Origin: a virus
Lineage: Duplodnaviria > Caudoviricetes
Virus record (IMG/VR): IMGVR_UViG_3300032272_000050
Coordinates: 1 to 32,322 of that record
Direction: 5' to 3' (one strand)
Length of the DNA stretch: 32,322 nt
In this document: positions 6,324 to 17,377 of the stretch, piece after piece
Position numbering within the stretch: the first letter of the stretch is position 1
How the letters are laid out: the number at the start of each line of letters is the position of its first letter
Notes under the pieces: generated by a model
Database searches by the model: none
Told to the model about the DNA's origin: nothing
The model's input: only the letters and a program-made list of their open reading frames with translations
Position numbers and translations under genes: made by a program

Positions 6324-8810
6324 TTAATCTGATAGTTTTACGACCGTATATTTAACCGTCCAGTCGTATACTGCAGCACCGCCAGAGGTTAAATAAAATC
6401 TGGCAGTGTTCCCACTAGCGGCCCAATTATATGTTCCAGCATAACCTGCGCTTGGCTCGTTATATAGAATACCAACGGCGCCTTGTAATGTGGCCCCGCC
6501 GCCGCCGTCGCGGTAAAAAGTGGCGCATTTTTTAAACCCTACTCTTTCGCCAGAACCCGAAAGTTTTCCTATACCTTCCGCTGTAAGAAGGTATGTACTT
6601 TCGTCTTCGAGGTTGCATTTCCACCCGGTAACGTTAGCGGTACTTGTGCTTTGAGAAACAACTGTAACCGGCGTCCCCACAGAGCCGATATTTCCAAGAT
6701 CAAAATAAGCCGTAGCATCATCGCCATACGTCGGGTTTGACGGAAAAGCAGTGAAGTCATCAACAGACCGAACGCCATTCGTCGCATATCCTGAGACTTT
6801 CAACGTGCCGTGAATGCCTACCAAAGCGCCGGAATTTTCACTGATAATGCCGTACAACATGTTAGAGCCGCTGTCGGTTATATCTGCATCGTACATATCA
6901 ACTGTTGCGGTTGCGCTTGCTACGCTGATACCGCTGTGTAAGCCGGCGGTTGAATTGGCTTTTCGGATGATGGGATATAGTCTAATTCCGCTGCTGTTTG
7001 TAGCATCAACTAAAATCCCGGCGCGACCCGACCCATTAGATTGGACATGGCACTCAAGGTCACTAAGGTTATCACCGGACAAAACCAGCGCATGCTGGGT
7101 GGAATTATAGGCAACAACATAGACTGAACTGGACCGCACATTTTTTTCAACTGATACGCCACGTTGACAATCAATCGCTATAATCTGGTAGTATCCATTT
7201 TCAATGGAACCAGTGCCTGTCGTTTGAATCGCCAGCGCCGCATCCAAAGCGTTTGAACAGGTAACACCGCTAACGATACATCCGCGGATTGCTTGGTTTG
7301 GTGTTCCCGATTGAATTTTGATACTATTAAGCGCAGTGCCATCGATGGTTCCGCCATTGATGTTCACATGGGTTTGCGCATAAATTCCGTGTTGGCCGGC
7401 AATGTCATGGATATTCGGATTTATAAGGTTGGTGCGACTGGTGCCGGTGAAACCAGAATATCCCTGCAGGACAACACCCTGCGCTGTGCCACTAATTTTG
7501 GCACTAATGGTTAAATACTTAATCTCGCCGTGCGTTGCATCGTGGGTAGCAAACACGCCCATTTGAAAGTTAGAGCCCGCATTAATTGTCTGCGAATAGG
7601 CGTGCGTTCCCTCGATGGTCACACTGTCTTCAATGGTGTTGTGGTCACCGCCCGTCATGGCCACGCCAGCGTGCGCCCAATTGCGTATGTTCAACCCGCG
7701 TACTGTGCAATATTTACAAGCATACATGTCAATACCCCGGTCAAAATGACCGTTGCTCGACCAAGCGTTATCGTAATTGCCGGCGCCGTAAAGTATACCA
7801 TCGCCGTCAATGGTTGTACCAATGGCTGAGGTCAGCCGAAAACATGGCTTGTTATCAGTTATTTGGTTAATCTGGCAACCCGCCGCCACCGTAACGCGGC
7901 AACTACTTGGCACATCAATGGCGTCGGTGATTTTGCAGGCACCGCCACTGATAACCACATGCGGGGAAGCATTAACTAGCCGTTGCAGGGCAGCGGTGTC
8001 ATCGGTTGAATTGTCGTGCTTCACGCCAGCCACCGCGCTAAAAATTAAATCTCCTGAAAGCAAATGCCAGCGTCCGGTGCCGCCTTCGTCGGCAGCAAAA
8101 ACAGTCACACCGGTGACGGTCGCTGTCGACGCAGCACGCCATTCAAAAACCGCTTGTCCTTTATCGCCCTGCGTAGCGTAAGCAAGATTGAAAATGCGAT
8201 CGCCGTCGTGCAAGCCAGAAATTAACAGTGCTGTCATGGCAGCGCGCGTGCTGACTTTTTCAAGATTTTGCAGACTAAAGTTACCCAACGCCTCGTTGAT
8301 TGCATCCTCGATAAGATCGGCGGGTGGCCCAACAGCCGGTGCGCCGCCAGCGTCAAATTTAAGCAACTTACCCTGCCTATCCGCGGACAGAGGTAGCTCC
8401 ATTGCAACAGCCAAATCACCCCGGGCGCGGTGCAGTGTAGTGGCCCTTATTCCGGCGGCCTCTTGCGCTTTGAGCATTACATCATCTAACCCGGCTTCAA
8501 GCTGGCTTGCAGGGTTGCCGCCGCTTTCGGTAAAGGCCTGTGTCTGGGTGCCGCCGCTATCGCGCCATACCTCCAGGTAACCTGTCGCAAGTGGCGAAGT
8601 GGTAGTCAAAACACCGGCGCCGCTATCGCCAATGCCCGAGAGGGTATAGTCAGCGGTCAATACCAGCGTGGTGGAAACTTTCGCGCTGGTGTCATGATGG
8701 ACAGCCTTGATATGGCTATCGTCTTTGTAAACAATGCCAGCAAGCGAAAACACCGCGGTAGACCCGTTGGTGGAAAATTCACGGCTGGTATCAGTAAGAG
8801 CGATGGTCAT
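6324..8810 (-). CDS. Tail fibre/tailspike with N-terminal virion anchor and right-handed beta-helix (putative polysaccharide depolymerase)
   Basis: GGAG RBS before MTIALTD at 8810; T7 gp17-like N-terminus (NGSTAVF...DYTLSG); GVKHDNSTDDTAALQ helix-cap motif followed by G/N/I/V-rich beta-helix rungs. Confidence 0.85.
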   Translation of the reverse strand: MTIALTDTSREFSTNGSTAVFSLAGIVYKDDSHIKAVHHDTSAKVSTTLVLTADYTLSGIGDSGAGVLTTTSPLATGYLEVWRDSGGTQTQAFTESGGNPASQLEAGLDDVMLKAQEAAGIRATTLHRARGDLAVAMELPLSADRQGKLLKFDAGGAPAVGPPADLIEDAINEALGNFSLQNLEKVSTRAAMTALLISGLHDGDRIFNLAYATQGDKGQAVFEWRAASTATVTGVTVFAADEGGTGRWHLLSGDLIFSAVAGVKHDNSTDDTAALQRLVNASPHVVISGGACKITDAIDVPSSCRVTVAAGCQINQITDNKPCFRLTSAIGTTIDGDGILYGAGNYDNAWSSNGHFDRGIDMYACKYCTVRGLNIRNWAHAGVAMTGGDHNTIEDSVTIEGTHAYSQTINAGSNFQMGVFATHDATHGEIKYLTISAKISGTAQGVVLQGYSGFTGTSRTNLINPNIHDIAGQHGIYAQTHVNINGGTIDGTALNSIKIQSGTPNQAIRGCIVSGVTCSNALDAALAIQTTGTGSIENGYYQIIAIDCQRGVSVEKNVRSSSVYVVAYNSTQHALVLSGDNLSDLECHVQSNGSGRAGILVDATNSSGIRLYPIIRKANSTAGLHSGISVASATATVDMYDADITDSGSNMLYGIISENSGALVGIHGTLKVSGYATNGVRSVDDFTAFPSNPTYGDDATAYFDLGNIGSVGTPVTVVSQSTSTANVTGWKCNLEDESTYLLTAEGIGKLSGSGERVGFKKCATFYRDGGGGATLQGAVGILYNEPSAGYAGTYNWAASGNTARFYLTSGGAAVYDWTVKYTVVKLSD

Positions 8811-8820
8811 GCAATATCTC

Positions 8821-11322
8821 CTAGTTACCGTTAGCGGCGTTGGCGATGTCCGGTGCGCGCGCAGGCGTGGCCTGCCCCGGAGCCCACCAGAAACCGGTTG
8901 AAAAATCTTTCTGTGCCGCTCGTGCCCGGCGGCGATTGGCCGCGGCCGCCTTGGCGGGGTCGGCCCACATATCCAGCCGGTCAAAAATATTGCGCTCAAT
9001 CGCCAGCCGCGTGTACCAAAGGCTACTGCCCGGCGTGTGTTTGCGGGCAAAGCGCACCGCCTCGCGGCCTGCATTTGTTTTCTGCCCGTCCAGCGCCTCA
9101 AGCGCGTTGCCGATAGTTAGCTCGCGGGCATCGTCTGCGGCCTGCACCACAGGACCGGCAAGCGTTTGCGCGAGGCCGCCACCGAAACGGTTGATATCCG
9201 AGAACAGGAAATCGCCGAAAATGCCCAGTCCGCCGCCCTGCAGCATGGCAGCACCCCAGAAGGCAGCACCCTTGTCGCCCACCATGGGGCGCGGATCGCG
9301 GCCCTTGGCCATTTCTTTCATTTGCATGGCCATCCCACCCATAAGAGTAGCTGACACCATCAGGTCGCTCAGATAACCGAGCCCCGCGGCGCCGCCGTTA
9401 CGCTGGGTTTCCTGCACACCGCGCCGCACATGGGTGAACATGATGGTCACCGCAAAATTCTTGTACATGGTGGCGCTGCGTAAAATCTCACCGACGATTG
9501 ATCCCGGCTTGGCAGCGGCGGCGGGCAGCGCGGCCCGCGCGCGCAGGCTGGCGGTCGGTACTGCAAATTCCATTTCGGTCTGAACCATTTCCAGATAGCG
9601 GGTTGCCAGGTCTTCGGCGCGCGCCGGGTCAAGCCCGCTGGCAGATCGCACATCTTCCGGCCGGATGAAGGTCACACCCTTGTGGCTGTAGGGTTTGATC
9701 GCCCTGATATCGTCCCATGCCTTGGGGTCGATCCCGTAGCGATCCAGCGCGCGCTTGAACGGCGCGGGCAAGTCCGCGTGCTTGAGCGTGCGGTTGTCGG
9801 CCATGGCACCCATAAATTCCCAGCCAAACGCAAAACGGCCCGATTGTGTCCAGGGGCTTAGGCCCGACACCCGCAGCACACTGTCAGCAAGCCGGCGGCT
9901 AATGTCACCGCCGAGGAAATCCTGCTGGAACCGCGCCATTCCCAGTGCATTTTCTGTCCAGTGTTCCGCAACCAACCCCGCGCGCACCATCTGTTCCTGG
10001 GTGGCACCGTCGGTTGCCACCTTCAACAACTTGGCCATGGTGCCGCTGAATTTCAGGCCGGAGAATTTGGCGGCCATACGCTGAAACGAAACATCAGCGG
10101 TCGCCGACAAAAACGCCGCACCCAGCTGCGCGCTGGTCAGCACATTTCTGATATCGCCGAACACGCGGGCAACCCCAGGATTAACCGGGTCATTGATGCT
10201 GCCATCAAATATCGCCATCATTTTTTGCTGAGTATCAATGGCGCGCTTGGCGCGGGTCACCGCTTTGTCGCGGCCCTTGCCGGTTTGAATGGCAGCGTCT
10301 TTTTCAACAGTTTGCTCAAGAAAACGCAGCGTGCTGGTCGGGTTAGGCCCAAGCACTTCAAGCTTGGCAATGTCGCGGGCCATACTGTCAAGGTGGCTGA
10401 CCATGGCAGAAAACGGATCACGCGCGCCAAAGCGGGCGTTATAGTCCAGCCAGTTGTGCGCATCCTTAAACACCAGAAAGCGGTGATCGGTGCGGCGGTT
10501 GGCCAGCTTTTTGCCGCGCGCTGTGCCCGACGGGGTAACCTTGGCAAAACCCTCGCTGGCGATAGTGTCGTAAACCGCATCTAGCGCTTCGTCCAATCTG
10601 TCGGCTTTCATCGGTAATTGTGTCACCGGGTCAATCATACGCTCGGCGTCAAGGCGGGGTTTTATCTCCCTGATCCATGCTTCGCGGCCAAGTTTTCGCA
10701 CCAGCACCGGATCATGGCTTTGTGGCAGGCCCCAGTCCTTGCGCTTGGGAATATCGCCGCCGCCGGCGTTAAAACGCGCGCGGGCACCTTCGGCGGCATC
10801 GCCCCATGCCTGCGCCAGTTCACGGGCACTTGCGTCGTCGCTTGCCTCGCCGAAGGCTTCGCGCACCAGATTTTCCATCTTGGCGCGCGAGCGCACGCCG
10901 CCGGTCAGGGTGCGTTTGAAAGTACGCAGCACATCGGCCATCTGGCCGTGCAACTGGCCCAGCACCGCCTTGTGCCGCGCCTCAATGTTGGAGACACCGC
11001 GCGCATTGTCATCGTGGCCAAGGTGCGCCAACATTGCAGCAGCCGGGTCGCGGTTACCCGACGCCGTGCGGTAGGCATCAAGGTTCTTTTGGATGCGTAC
11101 CTGCGCAGCCGCCTGCAAGAGTGTCTGGCGGCGCTCCAGGTTAAACTGGCGGGTGATCAGTTTCTTGACTTCAGTGTCGGCAAAAGCACGCGCAGCGGCA
11201 GGGGCCATGCTGGTCAGCGCTTCAGCTTCCAGTTCGTCGTAAAGTGCGGTGACTTCATCAACCCGGTGCGGCGGGATAATACCGGCCTTCACTTTGGCGT
11301 TTATGCAATTCTTCACACTCAT
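8821..11322 (-). CDS. Large internal virion (DNA ejection) protein
   Basis: 833 aa, helical, C-terminal GGGLGIFGDFLF...LAGPVV motif; last gene of the internal-protein cluster before the tail fibre. Confidence 0.7.
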   Translation of the reverse strand: MSVKNCINAKVKAGIIPPHRVDEVTALYDELEAEALTSMAPAAARAFADTEVKKLITRQFNLERRQTLLQAAAQVRIQKNLDAYRTASGNRDPAAAMLAHLGHDDNARGVSNIEARHKAVLGQLHGQMADVLRTFKRTLTGGVRSRAKMENLVREAFGEASDDASARELAQAWGDAAEGARARFNAGGGDIPKRKDWGLPQSHDPVLVRKLGREAWIREIKPRLDAERMIDPVTQLPMKADRLDEALDAVYDTIASEGFAKVTPSGTARGKKLANRRTDHRFLVFKDAHNWLDYNARFGARDPFSAMVSHLDSMARDIAKLEVLGPNPTSTLRFLEQTVEKDAAIQTGKGRDKAVTRAKRAIDTQQKMMAIFDGSINDPVNPGVARVFGDIRNVLTSAQLGAAFLSATADVSFQRMAAKFSGLKFSGTMAKLLKVATDGATQEQMVRAGLVAEHWTENALGMARFQQDFLGGDISRRLADSVLRVSGLSPWTQSGRFAFGWEFMGAMADNRTLKHADLPAPFKRALDRYGIDPKAWDDIRAIKPYSHKGVTFIRPEDVRSASGLDPARAEDLATRYLEMVQTEMEFAVPTASLRARAALPAAAAKPGSIVGEILRSATMYKNFAVTIMFTHVRRGVQETQRNGGAAGLGYLSDLMVSATLMGGMAMQMKEMAKGRDPRPMVGDKGAAFWGAAMLQGGGLGIFGDFLFSDINRFGGGLAQTLAGPVVQAADDARELTIGNALEALDGQKTNAGREAVRFARKHTPGSSLWYTRLAIERNIFDRLDMWADPAKAAAANRRRARAAQKDFSTGFWWAPGQATPARAPDIANAANGN

Positions 11323-12599
11323 GCGCAGGCATCCAGTTCAGCTAAAAGCGCCCGGTCATTATCAAGCCGGGCCTTGACCTCGGACAAGCGCCGAACCTGC
11401 ACGGCGGGCCCGCCCAGATCATCGGTGCCGTCAAACAGCAGATCACGGGTCAGCAAGCGCTTGTCAGCGGCGGTGCCAAAAAGATCGGCCTCGATGCCGT
11501 CCAGGCGCTGGTCAAAATCACCGAAATGCAATTGGGTATCATCCGCCGGCAGTTCAGCCCCGCGGGATGAAAAACGATCAACACCACTATCGGCGCGCGC
11601 GGCGGCGGCCTGCAGACCTTCCCGGTGGCGCGACTGGCCTTCAGGGGTTGCCGCGAAAGGATTATTATCTTCCAGATCAAGTTCGAGCTGCAAGTCATCG
11701 CGGGCAGCCTGCTGCTCGCGGGTGGCGTTAGGCACCAGCTCGTCAAATGTTTCAGCAACTGCACGCGTATCCATTTCCGCGACACGCTCAAAAGCACGGC
11801 CCGCTGGTCCAAGCGCTTTTGCAATTGCCTTGATACCACCACCAAAAATACCGCCGCCTGCCATTGCCATCAGAATATTTTCAAAAGCCACGTCGGCGCC
11901 AGCCTCAAGGCCAAGTTCCGCACGGTAGGCTTGCACCGCGGGCTGGATAATGGTTTCCACACCGCCGGCGATTGTTGCTTCCAGCAATGCGGTGCGCAGC
12001 ACGCCTGCGCGCGCCGACGCACCGAACGGTAGCGTTAAAACGGCCAGTGGTTCGGTGCCAATCAATGCACCAGCGGTGCCGAAAAACTGGCCTAACGCGC
12101 CGCCCGTGCTGGTGCGGCTCAGGGTGTCGTCCAGTTCAGCCACCCGGCCGGCAACATCAGCCTGTACTTTAGCCTCAAATTCCGCGCGGGTTGCAGGAAA
12201 CCCGGGCAGCGCTGCAGGGTCCGCGGCGCGGCGCTTTTGCACTTCGTCAAAAATCAAATTAATTTTGTCATCGCGCGGCAACCTCAAGCGGTTAAGGCGC
12301 GCCTGCGATTTGGCGTCCAGCGCCAACGGCACACCGCGCGTGTCAATGCTGCCGCGGGCCAGCGGGTTGTTGGTGAAGGGATTAAAAAACGCCTGATCAG
12401 CGGGCTGACCCTCATTCAATTGCTCGATCAGTTCGTCGTAGGCCTGCGCCAGATTTTGCGACTTGCTGATCATGCGGTCGGTCAGTTTTGTACTCTCAAA
12501 AGCTGCGGAAAGGCTTTCCGCAAAATCGGCGACGGGCCCCGGACTGGCTTTCTGGTTAATGCCTTCAAGGGCCTGGGCGGGGTCAAAAAACACACTCAC
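11319..12599 (-). CDS. Internal virion protein
   Basis: Ala/Gly-rich hydrophobic middle region; 4-nt overlaps with both neighbours; podoviral gene order. Confidence 0.6.
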   Translation of the reverse strand: MSVFFDPAQALEGINQKASPGPVADFAESLSAAFESTKLTDRMISKSQNLAQAYDELIEQLNEGQPADQAFFNPFTNNPLARGSIDTRGVPLALDAKSQARLNRLRLPRDDKINLIFDEVQKRRAADPAALPGFPATRAEFEAKVQADVAGRVAELDDTLSRTSTGGALGQFFGTAGALIGTEPLAVLTLPFGASARAGVLRTALLEATIAGGVETIIQPAVQAYRAELGLEAGADVAFENILMAMAGGGIFGGGIKAIAKALGPAGRAFERVAEMDTRAVAETFDELVPNATREQQAARDDLQLELDLEDNNPFAATPEGQSRHREGLQAAAARADSGVDRFSSRGAELPADDTQLHFGDFDQRLDGIEADLFGTAADKRLLTRDLLFDGTDDLGGPAVQVRRLSEVKARLDNDRALLAELDACA

Positions 12600-14677
12600 C
12601 GGTTGATCCCCCTGAGTTTGCTTAATTTTTCAATGTCCACTTTTTTCGACTGCGCCACCCGTTCTGCCGTCAACTCAGACAGCTTGCGCATATCCAGCAC
12701 ATAAAATCCGTTGAGGCCACTGCCCAAAATCAGCGCATCACCTGCGCCGTCGCGGTCAACCAGATAGCGACCATCACCCACTGCAACCAGCGTCGCGGCG
12801 CGCAGTTCATCCGCAGTGAAAGCAGTGCCGTTACTGTGTGTTGGCACACCGCCGCCCTCGCTGGCCAGGGCAAGGTCGCTGTCTTTGGCGGCTGTCAGAA
12901 AATCATCAACCTGGCCAGCGCTCATGGCCGACGGCAAAACCGTTTGCTGCCCGTTAATGTCGCCGATGCCGCCGCGCTCGCCGTCGCCGCCAAGGGCAAA
13001 ATTGATTGCGTTTGAATAGGCATCAATTTCGTCGCCGACATCGACCCGGCCGCGAAGCTGCATATCTGCGAAAATCGCGTCAGCAGCGGCAAGCACGTTA
13101 GCGCGCAGGCTCGACTGGGTACCAAAAGCATTGCCTACTGTATCGGTGACCGCCTCAGCACGAAGGGCAGGGTCAATCCCCAGATCGCGGTTATCCTTCA
13201 GCGCTTTGGCGCCGGTTAGAATGCGGCGGGCTGTGGTGGCTTGCGCGCTGCCAACGCCGCCCAAGTTGGCCAGCCCACCCACATGGGCATAAAGGCCATC
13301 TTCTTTGCTTATTTCCGCCATAACTTTTTGGCTGGAACCACCAAAAGAACCATTAAGGCTGGCCAAAAATGCCAGTTGGGTATCAGGCGGCGAGCCATCC
13401 AGAAACGCGGTAAAGGCCGACCTTTCTTCATCGGTGAGATAGCGCACCGGAGTGTTATAGAAACCGGCGATATTCTCAGCCGTGGCTATACGCGCCAGCG
13501 CTAAATCTTCAGTGACTGGCGCCGACGGGTCAAGCGGTGCAAGCGCAAAACCACCGGCGCGGCTGGCCCATGATAGCGGGTCGCGCGCCAGTTCGCTGGT
13601 CATGGTGCCCAGCAGCGAACGCGCCAGGGTTAATTTTTTAGCCGCCAGCCCGTCGCCTTTACCGGCGGCCAAAACGCTGACTTCGGCCTGTAATTCGCTC
13701 GGTGTCAGCACAGTAAATCCGCGCTGTGCTTCGGCAAGCCGCAGAGTTTCGTTAAACCGGGTAGCAAGCGCCGCGTCGCCGGACGCAATCGTACTGGTTT
13801 TTGCCGCCGTAACCACATCGTCCGACGGCACCAGCCCTGTCGCCAGTATCCGGTCAATTTCGCTCAGTGAACTACGCGCGCCGGCAGCGTGCTCTCTCGC
13901 CTGCGCGGCGACAGCGCGGTCAAGACGAGCAATATCAACCCGGGCGGCGTCGCGGAAACGCAGCCGTTCTTCCGGCGCCAAGCCCTTGAAACGATTGCTG
14001 TCGCCCAGCGCCTTCAGAGCGGCGGCAGGGTCTTTCTCGATCATGGTCAGGGCATCAATTTTCGACAGCCGGTTGTTCAATCCCGCTGCAAGCGCGACCC
14101 CGCGGGCAGACGTAATCCAGCCAGCGGTAACATTGTCTTTGATCGAGTCCTGCATTCCGTCCACGATCACTGCGCGGTCAGCCGGGGTAGCGGCAGTGGC
14201 TGCGGCGCTAACGCCTTGCTCAAGCAGTGTGTTCAGATCCCCAACAGCCTGATCGGCCAAGAGCGACAATCGGTGACCATTAACCCGGCGCGCGGTGCCG
14301 ACAGTACGGCGCGAAAGCTGCGCCTTGAAACTGCTGCGGTCGCGGCCATCGGTAATGCCTTCAAGTACCTGATTTTCAAACGCCGTCAGCTCTTTGGTGA
14401 AATTTGCCTGAATATCCGCCGGATTAGTGTTTTGCAAAAACTTTTCTTCAAGCCCTGCTAACCCTTCGGATGCCGCCACCGATGCGCCATTCAAGTCAGC
14501 AGTGCGCAGGCCGCGGTCAAGGTTTTCACTGGCACGCGTGATAGACGCGCCCAGTTGCACCAGCCCGGAGCCAAGCCCGGACTGTACCCGGGCATCAATA
14601 GCCTGCGGCCGCGCGATGCGGCCCGTCGACGCTATGACCTTTACCGCCAATGGATCAGCCCCCTCATAGCGTACCAC
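12596..14677 (-). CDS. Internal virion protein
   Basis: 693 aa, Ala-rich and helical; position equivalent to T7 gp15. Confidence 0.6.
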   Translation of the reverse strand: MVRYEGADPLAVKVIASTGRIARPQAIDARVQSGLGSGLVQLGASITRASENLDRGLRTADLNGASVAASEGLAGLEEKFLQNTNPADIQANFTKELTAFENQVLEGITDGRDRSSFKAQLSRRTVGTARRVNGHRLSLLADQAVGDLNTLLEQGVSAAATAATPADRAVIVDGMQDSIKDNVTAGWITSARGVALAAGLNNRLSKIDALTMIEKDPAAALKALGDSNRFKGLAPEERLRFRDAARVDIARLDRAVAAQAREHAAGARSSLSEIDRILATGLVPSDDVVTAAKTSTIASGDAALATRFNETLRLAEAQRGFTVLTPSELQAEVSVLAAGKGDGLAAKKLTLARSLLGTMTSELARDPLSWASRAGGFALAPLDPSAPVTEDLALARIATAENIAGFYNTPVRYLTDEERSAFTAFLDGSPPDTQLAFLASLNGSFGGSSQKVMAEISKEDGLYAHVGGLANLGGVGSAQATTARRILTGAKALKDNRDLGIDPALRAEAVTDTVGNAFGTQSSLRANVLAAADAIFADMQLRGRVDVGDEIDAYSNAINFALGGDGERGGIGDINGQQTVLPSAMSAGQVDDFLTAAKDSDLALASEGGGVPTHSNGTAFTADELRAATLVAVGDGRYLVDRDGAGDALILGSGLNGFYVLDMRKLSELTAERVAQSKKVDIEKLSKLRGINR

Positions 14678-15137
14678 CTGCCAGACCGGTGCCTAACTCC
14701 AGTAAATCGCCAGCAGCGCCGAAAATGCCCGATGTGAACTGCGCTTCGCCTTCGCGCCGCGCAAGAATGCCCCTGTCTGTCGCGGTGCGCGCGCGGGTGG
14801 CACCGCCGAAACGCACCAGCAGCTGGTCGGCGCGCAGATTTTCTGCGGACTGGACCTGCAATAACAACGGGCTGCCCTCATCAATGCGGCTGCCCTGCGC
14901 GGCCAGATTGACTGCCTGATCACCCAGCGCCGCGGATGCCTGAATGCGCAGGCGTTCTTCTTCCGCCAAAGCGGCGCTGCGCTCATCCGCGGCTTGCTTG
15001 TCAAATATCTGTTGCTGGAAACGGGCCTGGCGGCGCGCATTAATTGCAGACAGTACTTTACCGCCGGCACCGGCTACTTTACCGACAATTTTACCGCCGA
15101 GCGCAACGGCGGCAGCTGTTGCTGGATCAAGACACAT
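14664..15137 (-). CDS. Small internal virion protein (T7 gp14-like position)
   Basis: MCLDP start, Gly/Ala-rich N-terminus, Gln-rich coiled coil, AAQGSRIDEGSP motif. Confidence 0.7.
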   Translation of the reverse strand: MCLDPATAAAVALGGKIVGKVAGAGGKVLSAINARRQARFQQQIFDKQAADERSAALAEEERLRIQASAALGDQAVNLAAQGSRIDEGSPLLLQVQSAENLRADQLLVRFGGATRARTATDRGILARREGEAQFTSGIFGAAGDLLELGTGLAGGTL

Positions 15138-17377
15138 TAGTCAGCCACCTCCATATTTGTCACAAAGGCCAAAAGGTCCAGCGGCAATGGCTGGTCCTGC
15201 AAAATTTCGATGCGATTGCTTTCTTCCGGGTTACTGTTCAGCGGCACGGTTTTGGTGACGCTGTAGGCTTCGGGCGCTTCGCCTGGCGTCAGGTCGCCTG
15301 TGGGTGCCAGCAATTCATGATCATTGCTGCTATCAACAACCTTGACCTTGCCGCCAATACCCAGGGCTTTCACCGCAACATTTCTAATATAGCGCAGCCG
15401 ACCCGCCGAAGCGCCGTCGGACACAGCAAAATCAGGTGACAGTGACCAGATATAGGCGCTTGTATGCAGGCCAACCAGCACGTTGCTGGCCTCAAAGGGT
15501 AGGGTCACACTGCCACTGGCCACCGTCAGATTATCAACCACCTTGCCGTCGGCAAGGGCTGTGACAGTTTCGCCCTCAAGGTGAGACAGGCCGGTTATAA
15601 CGTCAGCCGCAACGCCTTCATAACGCAGTGCGCTGTCAAGATACCAGCTGTCAGCGGCGTCCTCGCCTTCCACAATGTCGTAAAAAGGCTGCATCACCTC
15701 GATGTACCGGGCGGCCGCGCCGCCAATGGTGCGCTCAATCAATAAATACAAGTCTTCGGTTTTGCCGTCGGCACCCGGAATGATGCAGGCGCTCTTGACC
15801 AAACCACCGGAAATATCATGCAGCGCCCAGCCCAGCACATCATTAAGCCGATCATAGGTTACACTGGCCAGGCCGCCATCATTGAGCCATATCCACAAAA
15901 TCTGTTCCGGGCTTTGCTGCCACGCAATGCCCACAATACCGATTTTCGTAATATGCCGAGCGGTCAGCGACATCTCGCTTGTCTGCAGCTTGCGAATATC
16001 GGCTTCAAAAACACCGTGCAAAATCCGGCGCGTATCACGGCTAACCCAGATCGCACCGTCTTTTCGCGCTGCCTTTATTTTTGCACTGCCAAAGCTGGTT
16101 GCTTCTTTACTGACAAAATCACCGACCTTGATATTATCGGTGCGCTGGGTGGCGCCGCCGACAAATTCCTGTCCCGGTGTCATCAACACCAGCACATCAT
16201 CGCCGACCAGTGACAATATGGGGTTGACCCTGTTATTGGTCGCGGTCATGGTTTTGGTTATGGCCAGATCGGCATCAGTACCGTCTTGCATATTACCGAA
16301 ATCATCCAGTACCGATGCCCAGATTGTTTGCGGCTTGGTTTTGGTGTTTGCCCACAGCAGCCTGTCATCATAAAGCGCCACTGCCTGCGGCCAGCCGCGA
16401 TCATCACTCCATTCGGGAAGCCTGAACCGTTTGGTGCCATTGCTGACTATTTCTTCCGGTATCGTATGTGTTACCGTCAGCGTCGCCTGGGTCGGCGACA
16501 CGACGCTATCTATCAGCCCGCGGCCAAAACCGTCATGTATAAAAATCCAGGTTGTGCGGTTGTCGCCTGCATCCTGTTCGCCTTCCGAATGGTCCGGCGG
16601 GTTTGGACCGATCAGGCGAGAATTTTTTGCCTCATACACATTACCAAACGCACGCACGCGGTCGCCGATGGTGCTTTTGTAAAGGCTGGCGGCGGGGTCC
16701 GTGCTGTTGGGGTCGGCGTGGGTATTGCCCAGCCATTTTGCAACGTCGTCGCTATCCTGTATCGTTAGCGCAAGCTCGCCTCCAACCATGGCGTCAACAA
16801 AAGTGGCAACCGACGCGGTTGCGGTAACTGTTGCATCGACCGCCGCATCGGTCGCACCCGATATATCCATAGTGGCGGCTGTGGTGTTTTCTTTCTGAAA
16901 CGGTCCCGCCGTCAAGTCGTAATCCCCGAAAGTCCAGCTGGTGTGGCTGGTTCTGGACAGCGCTTTTGGGTGGTGGTCAGCCTGTGCCATAAACATCACA
17001 TCGGCGGACTGGGCATAATCAACCAGCGGCACCTGGGCGGCGCTATAGGTGGTTGTAACTTCAACCGGGGTTGATGGTGCGGACTCTACTTGTCCGTTAT
17101 CGCGCCAAAAGCGAATGGCGAATTCCGTCATTTCCATGGCATAGCCGTCATCTTCGCTATAGATGAACGGGATCAGGCGGGTTTCCACGTTGGTGTTTTT
17201 GGCGTCACCAATATAGCGCGTACCGCCGCGGCGACGTACAATGCCCTCGGACATGGGCACCATCTCGCGGCAGCGCGCCAGCGCCGCGTGAAACAGTTGC
17301 AAATCCACCCGGCCGGAAAGGCTGGGGTGAATTTCGCCGCGGGCGAATGTGGGCTGGTGTGCGTGAACCCTGGTCAT
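15137..17377 (-). CDS. Tail tubular protein B (nozzle, T7 gp12-like)
   Basis: FARGEIHP...GR.D, RRGGT, RLIPF, YAQSADV, GWPQAVALYDDRL and GWALH motifs; 746 aa. Confidence 0.9.
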   Translation of the reverse strand: MTRVHAHQPTFARGEIHPSLSGRVDLQLFHAALARCREMVPMSEGIVRRRGGTRYIGDAKNTNVETRLIPFIYSEDDGYAMEMTEFAIRFWRDNGQVESAPSTPVEVTTTYSAAQVPLVDYAQSADVMFMAQADHHPKALSRTSHTSWTFGDYDLTAGPFQKENTTAATMDISGATDAAVDATVTATASVATFVDAMVGGELALTIQDSDDVAKWLGNTHADPNSTDPAASLYKSTIGDRVRAFGNVYEAKNSRLIGPNPPDHSEGEQDAGDNRTTWIFIHDGFGRGLIDSVVSPTQATLTVTHTIPEEIVSNGTKRFRLPEWSDDRGWPQAVALYDDRLLWANTKTKPQTIWASVLDDFGNMQDGTDADLAITKTMTATNNRVNPILSLVGDDVLVLMTPGQEFVGGATQRTDNIKVGDFVSKEATSFGSAKIKAARKDGAIWVSRDTRRILHGVFEADIRKLQTSEMSLTARHITKIGIVGIAWQQSPEQILWIWLNDGGLASVTYDRLNDVLGWALHDISGGLVKSACIIPGADGKTEDLYLLIERTIGGAAARYIEVMQPFYDIVEGEDAADSWYLDSALRYEGVAADVITGLSHLEGETVTALADGKVVDNLTVASGSVTLPFEASNVLVGLHTSAYIWSLSPDFAVSDGASAGRLRYIRNVAVKALGIGGKVKVVDSSNDHELLAPTGDLTPGEAPEAYSVTKTVPLNSNPEESNRIEILQDQPLPLDLLAFVTNMEVAD

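Noticed and set aside
6324-6700. Diversity-generating retroelement target in the tail fibre (as in BPP-1)
   Set aside because: No reverse transcriptase or template/variable repeat pair was seen in the window.
8811-9101. 97-aa N-terminal extension of the tailspike given by the ORF track
   Set aside because: It overlaps the upstream gene out of frame; a GGAG RBS and an anchor-domain start support ATG 8810.
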